NCBI GenBank assembly: GCA_021324035.1
Contig: JAJPJU010000188.1
Coordinates: forward strand, 1-41,852
Origin: Spartobacteria bacterium
GTDB taxonomy: Bacteria > Verrucomicrobiota > Verrucomicrobiia > Chthoniobacterales > UBA10450
Length of the DNA stretch: 41,852 nt
Reading direction: 5' to 3'
The notes below the pieces were generated by a model. It was not told where the DNA came from. It ran no database searches and was given only the letters and a program-made list of their open reading frames with translations. Positions 7,140 through 14,844 of this stretch are shown in pieces. The stretch's first letter is position 1; every line of letters begins with the position of its first letter. The translations under genes and the position numbers were made by a program.

Positions 7140-9164
7140 TTCAAGTTCTCTTCGCAGAGCCTTTGGAACCGCCGGTCGTTGCGGATCGGGTCCCACGCAG
7201 GATCGAGCTTCAGGTAAGCCGTGGTCAGAACCGTCACGCCGGGAGTTCGCAACACATTTTTGAGTATTGGAATCGCGCGATCAAAATCCCCGAGCGCGAC
7301 GTAGGCGCTAGCAACTTCCTCTTCAGTATTTGGAAACTGCCAGGCGTCGCTTCGGGTAGTTTCCAAAACCGAATCAGCCAGCGCCTGGGTTTCGTTTCGA
7401 TGCCCGAGATGGGCCTCCACCGCAAGCAGAGCCGAACGAAACAAAGGACTATTTTCTCCGGCGGCGCGCAGCTTGTTCAGTTTAGTTTCTGCTTGCAAAA
7501 AAAGCGCCCGGGCTCCGGCGCGATCACCTTTGGCCAGTCGAAGCTGACCCAGAAAAGAAGGAGCAATGGCCGAGAAAACTGGCGGGAGATTCTTCGCGCT
7601 CTTAACGTTTGAAACCATTCGTTCCGCGTCGTCGAAACGACGCTGAAAAACGAGGATTTCCACTTTCGTCGCGAATCCACGTTCCGTTGGATTAAATTGA
7701 ATGGGCTCCACAATCCTCCACGCCGTGTCCAAATCACCTTGCGCGACATACGTTTCCGCGAGGGCGGCTACGAGTTCGGAATCATCCGGCGCGATCGCAT
7801 GCGCGCGCTCGAACATGGTCCGGGCTTCTTCGAGACGGCGCAGACCGCGAAAGGCGCGACCAATATTTGCCCAGGTGTCTTCATTCAACGGATCGAGGCG
7901 GGCCGCTTCCTGTTGGAGGGAAATTGATTCTTCGATGTGCCCCTGTCGGCGTTTTACCAAACCCATTGCCGTCAAGATATGGGCATCATTCGGTGCACGC
8001 TCACGAGAGATTTGAAACTGAGTTAGCGCGGCATCGTAATCGCGGACGCAATAGTAATTAAATGCGCCCAGAGCGGCCGGCGCACCCGCGCTGTCCGGCG
8101 CCAGGCGTAATGCGTTGTCCGCCGCAGCCCGTGCCCGGGCGAGTTGGGCGTCGTTATGCTCCGGAAAAAAATATTTCTGCGATTCTCCGACCGTGAGCAA
8201 ACACCACGCGTCGGCGTAATTTGGATCAAGCTCCACTGCGCGCCTGGCAAACTTGATTAGTTCTTCCAAGTCGTCAGTGCCTTGCCGGTTCGACAAGGCC
8301 AGCGCGTGCAGAAAAGCATCGTAGGCTTCCACGTTGGCCGTTCCGCGAGCGGAAATTTGTTTCTTTTCCTGTCCGGTCAGCCTGGCCTCAAGTGATGCCG
8401 CGATTTTTTGGGCGAGATCGGTCTCAATCTGAAAGACATCGCTCAATTTGCGGTCGTAAGTTTCCGCCCACATGTGCGAATCGTTGAGCGCGTTGATCAA
8501 CTGCACGCTGATCCGGACCTGATCGCGCGCTTTTTGGACGCTGCCTTCGAGAATGTTGGCGACACCAAGCTGTTTCGCGATTTCTTTCAGATAAGCTGGC
8601 GCTCTTGAAGCGCTGAGTCGAGGTTCGCGAAATCACTTTCAATTCCGCGATCTTCGACAAGCGAGTCAGAATTTCCTCCTGAACTCCGTCGGCGAAATAA
8701 GCATTCGACTTGTCGTCGCTTAGGTTCTCGAATGGCAGAACGGCTATCGATTTCTGCGGAATTGCCGCCCCATACTCCTTGTCACGCCTCAGCTCATCGG
8801 ACGCGGACCGGGCCGTTCGCGCGCTATAACGCCCAAGCAAAAACAAGCCGATCGAAGCCGTGGCGCCAATCACCGCGACGTAAATCCAGACGTGTCCGCG
8901 CGAGCGTCGCTTTAGAGCATCCGCGACCATCGTGCGATCAATGCCGTGCGAGCTGGATTCAAACGCCCAGGCGATAACCAGCGCAATCACGAAGCCCACT
9001 AAAACCAGAACGACAACGGCACTGGTCAGGCCATCAGGAAGATGAAGCGCCGGAACAATCGTGGCCGTCACTTGAATGACTAACCACCCGACGACTGCGT
9101 AGGCGACGGCGACTTTATAGACGTTGCGCCGCTTCAGCTCGGCGAAAAAGTCCTGATAGTTCAC
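7136..9164 (-). pseudogene. array member G6, subtype L, split by a single-base frameshift near 8598-8602 (or an assembly error)
   Basis: ORF 8424..9164 reads correctly up to ...LKVISRTSTQRFKSA, then goes out of frame. The other frame continues PAYLKEIAKQLGVANILEGSVQKARDQVRISVQLINALNDSHMWAETYDRKL into ORF 7136..8506. One extra base in the gcgcc run would give FKSAPAYLKEI and a product of about 677 aa. Confidence 0.7.
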
Positions 9165-9188
9165 GACAATGGCCCCACCTGGCGGAAC

Positions 9189-10118
9189 TTACTCAACATT
9201 TCTGATCTTGACGATGCTACCCTTGGCTTGCTGGTCGTTAGGATCCTTTACCACGGTGACGTACAATTCCTTTTCGCCGGGGCCGAAGGCGACATTCGTT
9301 GTCCCGTTGCCTGCGGCAATTTCGAAAATGTGAAGAAGTGTTCCTTCAGGCGACAATTTCAAGACCTTACCGCCAAACCATTGGGCCACGTAAATGTTGC
9401 CTTTGTGATCAATCTTCATGCTGTCCGGTCCGAGCCAGGGAGAATCGTTCTTGTTTTTAATCAGAACATTGAGCAGAGCAAAATTGGATCGATGACTTAA
9501 GGATCCATTGGCCTCGATCGCAAATTTCAGCATGCAATTGCTGACCGTCTGGCTGACATAAAGGGTCTTTCCGTCCGGCGAAACGCCGACGCCGTTGGCG
9601 TAATTGAGATCCTTCGCCACCTCGACCCATTTTTCAGCGCCGGGTGCGAGATAAAGAATTTTCCCGATCACCGACGTCGGCACTGGTGGATCGCCATACG
9701 GGCCGAACACTGTTGCGTAAGCGCCACCGTTCGGAGCAACGACGATATCATTGATTCCTCCGACAAATTTGTTGCCGTTGTTGTCGGTGTCCCAGCGGCG
9801 CAGTTGTTTACCGTTGAGGTCCAGTTCAAGAATCGCGCCAGGATCGTTGGTGCAGGCGAGCAGGAAAGTTTTCTGTTTAGTGAGCGCCAAGCCGTTGTGG
9901 CCGCAGCCGTCGGTGTGGTTCAACACCATGGTGGTTTTGCCGTCGCACTTCGACAACGTGTTTGAAACCCACCCAACGTAATAAAGGTTACCGTCAATGA
10001 ACAACGGGCCTTCCGGTCCAAGGACATTGCTGACGACAATACTTTCGTCCGCGCCCGCCGCCGTGGCACTCCACAAGATTGCCCCAACAGCGATGGAGAT
10101 AATGTTACTCATCCTCAT
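9189..10118 (-). CDS. secreted SMP-30/gluconolactonase/LRE-like six-bladed beta-propeller protein
   Basis: Signal-like N-terminus MRMSNIISIAVGAILWSATAAG. Blade motifs: PEGPLFIDGNLYYV, NGLALT, INDIVVAPNGGAY, ANGVGVSPDGKTLYVSQT, PDSMKIDHKGNIYVAQWFGGKVLKLSPEG, TNVAFGPGEKELYVT. The stop lies 24 nt upstream of the G6 start. Confidence 0.8.
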   Translation of the reverse strand: MRMSNIISIAVGAILWSATAAGADESIVVSNVLGPEGPLFIDGNLYYVGWVSNTLSKCDGKTTMVLNHTDGCGHNGLALTKQKTFLLACTNDPGAILELDLNGKQLRRWDTDNNGNKFVGGINDIVVAPNGGAYATVFGPYGDPPVPTSVIGKILYLAPGAEKWVEVAKDLNYANGVGVSPDGKTLYVSQTVSNCMLKFAIEANGSLSHRSNFALLNVLIKNKNDSPWLGPDSMKIDHKGNIYVAQWFGGKVLKLSPEGTLLHIFEIAAGNGTTNVAFGPGEKELYVTVVKDPNDQQAKGSIVKIRNVE

Positions 10119-10254
10119 TTTGATTCCTTTCCTCGTGACCAGCGTTGACTCAACAAATCTAGATCGCGGCGTCGTCCTTGGATACGAGAAACCCGTCTCC
10201 CTGGCGCAGCCGAATCGTATTGACGCCTAGCCGTATTTCTGCCGGAATTCCTCG

Positions 10255-10722
10255 ATGATAAAAACTCGAATTACAGCAGTAACTCTTGCCCTCTCGATGA
10301 TGGGCGCGGTCAGTTGTTTTGCGGCTAACGCGCACATTGGGACTTGGAAAACCAATGAGGCGAAATCGAAGCAAGCGCCGGGCATGGGCAAGACGAACAC
10401 CGTCACCTATGCCGAGAAGAAAGATCAGTTGCAAGTGACGGTGGACGGCGCGGATAAGGACGGCAAACCGACTCACGGAGTTTGGATGGGTACGACCGAC
10501 GGCAAAGCCTATAAAGTAAAGGGCAACCTTTCCTGGGACGCGATGGCCTACAAAATGGTGGACGACCACACCTATGACATTACTGCGATGAAGAATGGAA
10601 AAGTGGCTTGGACCGGCCGAACCACCGTCTCGAAGGATGGCAAAACACGCACGCTCAATATGAGCGGTACTGGCGCGGACGGAAAGAAATTCAAAGCCAA
10701 GAACGTTTACGACAGAGCGTAG
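10255..10722 (+). CDS. small secreted beta-rich protein, possibly lipocalin-like
   Basis: Signal peptide MIKTRITAVTLALSMMGAVSCFA. A GTWKTNEAKSK start and alternating K/T/G-rich strands resemble lipocalin-like domain proteins, but that assignment is tentative. It is the only plus-strand gene inside the array region. Confidence 0.55.
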   Translation: MIKTRITAVTLALSMMGAVSCFAANAHIGTWKTNEAKSKQAPGMGKTNTVTYAEKKDQLQVTVDGADKDGKPTHGVWMGTTDGKAYKVKGNLSWDAMAYKMVDDHTYDITAMKNGKVAWTGRTTVSKDGKTRTLNMSGTGADGKKFKAKNVYDRA

Positions 10723-10756
10723 AATAGAACTCGGCCGTTAAATAGTGCCGATCAAT

Positions 10757-10793
10757 GTAAAGATCGACAATCCAAGCGATTGTCGATCTTTAC
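10757..10793. terminator. bidirectional stem-loop between convergent genes
   Basis: The sequence gtaaagatcgacaatc-caagc-gattgtcgatctttac forms a perfect 16-bp stem with a 5-nt loop, followed by tattttc on the plus strand. The right arm overlaps the TAG of G5 (10793-10795). Confidence 0.6.
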
Positions 10794-12439
10794 TATTTTC
10801 TACCCACGATCTTCTGGACGAGCGCCTCAAAGCGCGCCTGACCGCGCAAGTCATCGAGGAAAGGATCGACCTTGATAAGGTACATGTAGCTTGCTGATGC
10901 TTCTCGGTATCCCCGTTCAAGCTCATCGAGGGCATGTTCTTTATCGCCCAACGCTAGATGAATGAGTGCCAGACCATAGGGCGGGACATCTCGCGATTTG
11001 GCCTCTTCGTTCAGACGGGCGAGAACGTTTCGCGCTTCGTCCATTTGGCCGCTGCGCGCATACGCCTGGCCGAGGACGGCGATCGTATAAGGGTCGTCGT
11101 TTGTCTCGATCGCCTTTTGATATTGAGGAATTGCCTCGGCAATGTGCCCTTTCAACTGAAGCGCTGCGCCAAGACGGTAATGCGCGCGAAAAAAGCGAGA
11201 ATCCATTTCTAAAGTTTTTCGGGCTTGCGCCTCCGCGTCGTCGTAGCGACGCGCGTTAAGATAGACCCAGCTCAGATCGGTATTAATAATTAAGGAAAGG
11301 GGATCGAGCTCAATCGCACGTTTCTGTTCGGCAATTGCTCGATCAAACCGTGCCAGTATCATAAGCGTGAACGCCAGCCAATGATGGGCGGTTGCATAAT
11401 TCGGCTTTAGTTGAATCGCTCGCTCTAACTCTGTAATCCCGCGCTCTGGATCATATTCGTAGGTGGCAAGCAACCCGGCGGAAGCATGTGCTTCGGCCAA
11501 TGAATCCTCCAGTTCGAGAGCTTCCTTCGCCGCCGCTAGCGCCGGAGGAATCGATTCTGCAGACGAACTACCTCCATAGGTTGGAAGAAGCAGATACGAA
11601 TCGGCCAATCCGGCATAAGCCAGGGCGTAGTTGGAATCTTTCGCGATGGCTTGATTGTAATAATCGATCGATTTGCGCAGGTCTTCACCGGTCCGCTTAT
11701 TCCAAAAAAATCTCCCTTTCAGGTAGAGTTCGTACGCCTCTGGATTCACGGTCGGCACTTTTGCGATCGAGCTTTTCTCCGAACCCGTAAGCTTCGCTTG
11801 CAGCGTTTCGGCGATAGTTTTTGCGATTTCGCTTTCGACCGCAAAGATATCGGTCAGTCTTCGATCGTACGTGTCGCCCCAAAGATGTTCGTCAGTCCGC
11901 GCGTTGATCAACTGCACATTGACCCGCACCTGATCATTTGCCCTCTGCACGCTGCCTTCGACAATGTGCGCGACGCCTAGTTGCTTTGCGATTTGTGGCA
12001 AATTGTCCGGCGTGCTTTTGAAATGCTGGGTGGACGTGCGCGAGATGACTTTTAGATCGGCGACCTTGGCCAGTCGGGTGAGAATTTCATCCTGTACACC
12101 TCCCAAAAGAAATAATCCGATCGACGCAACGGCGCCGACGATGACAACAAAAATCCAGGTGCGCTTCTTTGGTTGTCGTTCGGTCGCCACAAGATCGACA
12201 TCTTCCGTGCGCTTGATTCCCTGGGGGGTGATCTCAAAACTCCACGCGAGAACAAGCGCGATCGGTAGCCCTATTATTATGAGCAGGACGATTAAACGGA
12301 TGATCCAGTTCGGAACGTCGAAGACTGGCAACACTTGCGCGATTCCCTGCGAAAGGGCCCAGCCGCCCACGATGTAAGCGGCCGCAACGTTGTAGACGCC
12401 GCGCCGCTTCAATTCGGCAAAGAAATTGCGATTGCTCAT
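10793..12439 (-). CDS. array member G5, subtype S with an in-frame deletion of the SIAVLPF core motif (548 aa)
   Basis: Starts MSNRNFFAELKRRGVYNVAAAY. After the third TM the protein reads ...SIGLFLLG|GVQDEILTRLAKVADLKVISRTS. This skips about 40 residues (linker plus SIAVLPFxNLSxDxxNAFFAE) that are present in G3 and G4. The TPR half is closest to G3. Confidence 0.8.
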   Translation of the reverse strand: MSNRNFFAELKRRGVYNVAAAYIVGGWALSQGIAQVLPVFDVPNWIIRLIVLLIIIGLPIALVLAWSFEITPQGIKRTEDVDLVATERQPKKRTWIFVVIVGAVASIGLFLLGGVQDEILTRLAKVADLKVISRTSTQHFKSTPDNLPQIAKQLGVAHIVEGSVQRANDQVRVNVQLINARTDEHLWGDTYDRRLTDIFAVESEIAKTIAETLQAKLTGSEKSSIAKVPTVNPEAYELYLKGRFFWNKRTGEDLRKSIDYYNQAIAKDSNYALAYAGLADSYLLLPTYGGSSSAESIPPALAAAKEALELEDSLAEAHASAGLLATYEYDPERGITELERAIQLKPNYATAHHWLAFTLMILARFDRAIAEQKRAIELDPLSLIINTDLSWVYLNARRYDDAEAQARKTLEMDSRFFRAHYRLGAALQLKGHIAEAIPQYQKAIETNDDPYTIAVLGQAYARSGQMDEARNVLARLNEEAKSRDVPPYGLALIHLALGDKEHALDELERGYREASASYMYLIKVDPFLDDLRGQARFEALVQKIVGRK

Positions 12440-12448
12440 TGAATTCGG

Positions 12449-13021
12449 TTAGGAGCTGAGCGTGTAGAAGACAAAAAACCAAAGGTTCTGAACAAACATA
12501 CCGCCGACACCAACCCATTGTAGCCAGCGCGGCCGTCCCCACCCGGCCAGTACCGCAAAAATGGCGAGCGATAATCCCACCAGCTCTGCCCCGACCCAGT
12601 CGTTAGGCTTTTGCCATCCGATGGCGTCGCGATCGGCATAGATTGCAAGGTTTCCCATCACGGAAAGGGCAATAGTGGCGGAGAAAATAATCCGGCGCTG
12701 GCGGTCAAAGAAAGCCGGCATATCGACCAGCCCGCTCTCGCTGATTGGCATGGCGACGAGTGAGCAGCTAAAATAATTGGGAATCACCCAGCCGAGTTGA
12801 AGCAAGACCTCGCCCAGCGTCCAGTGCTTGATGTTCTGGAGTTCCCAAAGACCTAACCAGTTGATAATCACTCCGAGCGCAGCGTTGAGCATCGACACCG
12901 AAAGCAGCCAGGACAAGCGCACGCGATCGCGAGCCAGTAGCAATTGCGACGCGCTCGAGAAGACATGGGTCAGCGCAATGGCGAAAATAAACGAGACCAG
13001 AACGGTTACGTGCTGAAACAT
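12449..13021 (-). CDS. hypothetical multi-pass membrane protein embedded in the array
   Basis: 190-aa ORF with an ATG start and about 5-6 hydrophobic segments (e.g. VTVLVSFIFAIALTHVF, LLSVSMLNAALGVIINWLGLW, LVGLSLAIFAVLAGW). It lies 56 nt after G4 and 9 nt before G5. No family recognised. Confidence 0.65.
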   Translation of the reverse strand: MFQHVTVLVSFIFAIALTHVFSSASQLLLARDRVRLSWLLSVSMLNAALGVIINWLGLWELQNIKHWTLGEVLLQLGWVIPNYFSCSLVAMPISESGLVDMPAFFDRQRRIIFSATIALSVMGNLAIYADRDAIGWQKPNDWVGAELVGLSLAIFAVLAGWGRPRWLQWVGVGGMFVQNLWFFVFYTLSS

Positions 13022-13077
13022 AATTTCCGGTCACCGCCCTGACTCAATTCCCGCTGCCGAAAGGTTGCCGATCTTCA

Positions 13078-14844
13078 CTATTGTGTTTTGGGCGCGATTA
13101 CCTTCTGCACCAATGCTTCAAAGCGCGGGTCGCCGCGGAGCGGATCGAGCAGGGGATCGACTTTGATCGTCCCGATATCGTCGCCGTCTGCCTCGGCATA
13201 ACTTTGTTCCAGCGCGGAAAGCGCCTGATCTTTCTGGCCGAGGCTTATATATAGAAGTGCGCGGTAATACGCTTCGACGTACTGATGTTTCGCGAGTTCT
13301 TCGAGTGCAGCGAGAGCCTGAACCGCTTCCTCACGCCGACCCATTATTGCCCCGAGCTGAGCTCGCAGCGCAATCGCTTGCGCATCATTTTCGCGAGCGC
13401 GCGCGACTGAGTACTCAGCCCGCGCTCCTTCGAGGTCACCGCTGACTTGGAGCAAGATGCCGTTGATCCAGTGCGCATAAGCGAAGGCTGGGTCAACCTC
13501 GAGTGCTCTTTTCATTACCGCACCAGCTTCTTTGAAACGACGCGCGTACATGTAGGTATCGGCGAGGTCCACCAAGTTTACGACGGAGAGCGGATCAAGT
13601 TCGGTCGAGCGCTCACCATCGGCGATGGCTTCGTTGAAACGGTCGAGACCGGAGAGCGGCCCGTTGCTTACCCAGTGATACGCACTGGCCAGGTTTGGGC
13701 TCAGCTCGATCGCACGCTGATGCTCGCGAACTGCCCGTTGCAGGTCGACGTCAACGGTGTACGCAATCTTTCCCATCGCATTGTGCGCCTCCGCCAGGTT
13801 CGGGTTCAACTCCAGCGCCTTAACAGTCGCGGCCCTAGCTTTCGAACGGGCATCCTTCGGATCGGCGCCGAGATAATAGGGAAGCAAAATATAGGTTTCA
13901 CCCAAGCCCGCGTAGGCGAGCGCATAGTTCGGGTCGCGGGCAATCGCCTGATTGTAGAACTCGATCGCCCGCGGCAAACTGTCGCCACGCAATCCCCAGA
14001 AGTGGCGCCCTTTCAAATACAGCTCGTGTGCGACAACATCCTCCGTCGGCGCACTGGTCATTGCATTCTTTTCCGAACCGGTCAGCTTCGCCTGCAATGT
14101 GTCGGCAATTGTTTTAGCGATGTCGCTCTCGACAGCGAAAATGTCCGTGAGCTTCCGATCATAAATCTCCGCCCACAGATGCGAGTTCGTCATCGCATTG
14201 ATCAACTGCACATTGACCCGAACCTGATCGTTTACCTTTTGGACGCTGCCTTCGAGAATGTTCATCGCACCGAGCTGCTTGGCGATGTCGGGTAAATTTT
14301 CCGGCGCGCTTTTGAATTTCTGCGTCGAAGTGCGCGCGATCACTTTCAGATCAGCAACCTTGGCCAGGCGCGTCAGGATTTCATCTTGGACTCCTTCGGC
14401 GAAAAATGCGTTATCGGGATCGCGGCTGAGATTATCGAATGGTAAAACCGCGATCGACTTCGCCGGCAATTGGCTGGAAACCTCGCCCGAAGTACTTCGC
14501 CCCATGTTTTTCCCTATGAAAAATAAGGCAACCGAAGTGGCGGCGCCAATCGCGGCGACATAGATCCATGTCTTTCCGTGGCCGTGCTTGTGTGTCGCAT
14601 CGGCAACTTCTGTCCGCTTAATTCCTTCTGGAGTGGCTTCAAACGCCCACGCGATCACGAGCGCAATCGGAAATCCGATCGCAATCAAAACGATGACCAG
14701 CCGCACTACCCAGTTAGGGATTTCCAGGAACGGAAAAATCTGAGTCGCGACTTGGGCGATGACCCACCCAACGACGGCATACGCGACCGCAACTTTGTAA
14801 ACATTGCGTCGCTTCAGCTCGGCGAAGAAGTTATCGATCTTCAC
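13078..14844 (-). CDS. array member G4, subtype S (588 aa)
   Basis: The GTG start overlaps the G3 stop (TAGTG, 14842-14846). Contains MKIDNFFAELKRRNVYKVAVAY, AWAFEATPEGIKRTE, SIAVLPFDNLSRDPDNAFFAEGVQDEILTRLAKVADLKVIARTS, a TPR region and the tail DPLLDPLRGDPRFEALVQKV. Confidence 0.85.
   Translation of the reverse strand: MKIDNFFAELKRRNVYKVAVAYAVVGWVIAQVATQIFPFLEIPNWVVRLVIVLIAIGFPIALVIAWAFEATPEGIKRTEVADATHKHGHGKTWIYVAAIGAATSVALFFIGKNMGRSTSGEVSSQLPAKSIAVLPFDNLSRDPDNAFFAEGVQDEILTRLAKVADLKVIARTSTQKFKSAPENLPDIAKQLGAMNILEGSVQKVNDQVRVNVQLINAMTNSHLWAEIYDRKLTDIFAVESDIAKTIADTLQAKLTGSEKNAMTSAPTEDVVAHELYLKGRHFWGLRGDSLPRAIEFYNQAIARDPNYALAYAGLGETYILLPYYLGADPKDARSKARAATVKALELNPNLAEAHNAMGKIAYTVDVDLQRAVREHQRAIELSPNLASAYHWVSNGPLSGLDRFNEAIADGERSTELDPLSVVNLVDLADTYMYARRFKEAGAVMKRALEVDPAFAYAHWINGILLQVSGDLEGARAEYSVARARENDAQAIALRAQLGAIMGRREEAVQALAALEELAKHQYVEAYYRALLYISLGQKDQALSALEQSYAEADGDDIGTIKVDPLLDPLRGDPRFEALVQKVIAPKTQ

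Noticed and set aside
6090-7217. Long antisense ORFs opposite the paralog genes and other well-supported genes (for example 6090..7217 +, 1935..2885 +, 13447..14295 +, 16493..17221 +, 19114..19743 +, 38471..39199 -, 41181..41795 +, 28020..28616 +).
   Set aside because: Each lies entirely inside a gene on the other strand that has clear family motifs. Their translations are R/G/S-rich low-complexity sequence typical of antisense frames in GC-rich coding DNA, and none shows a recognisable motif.
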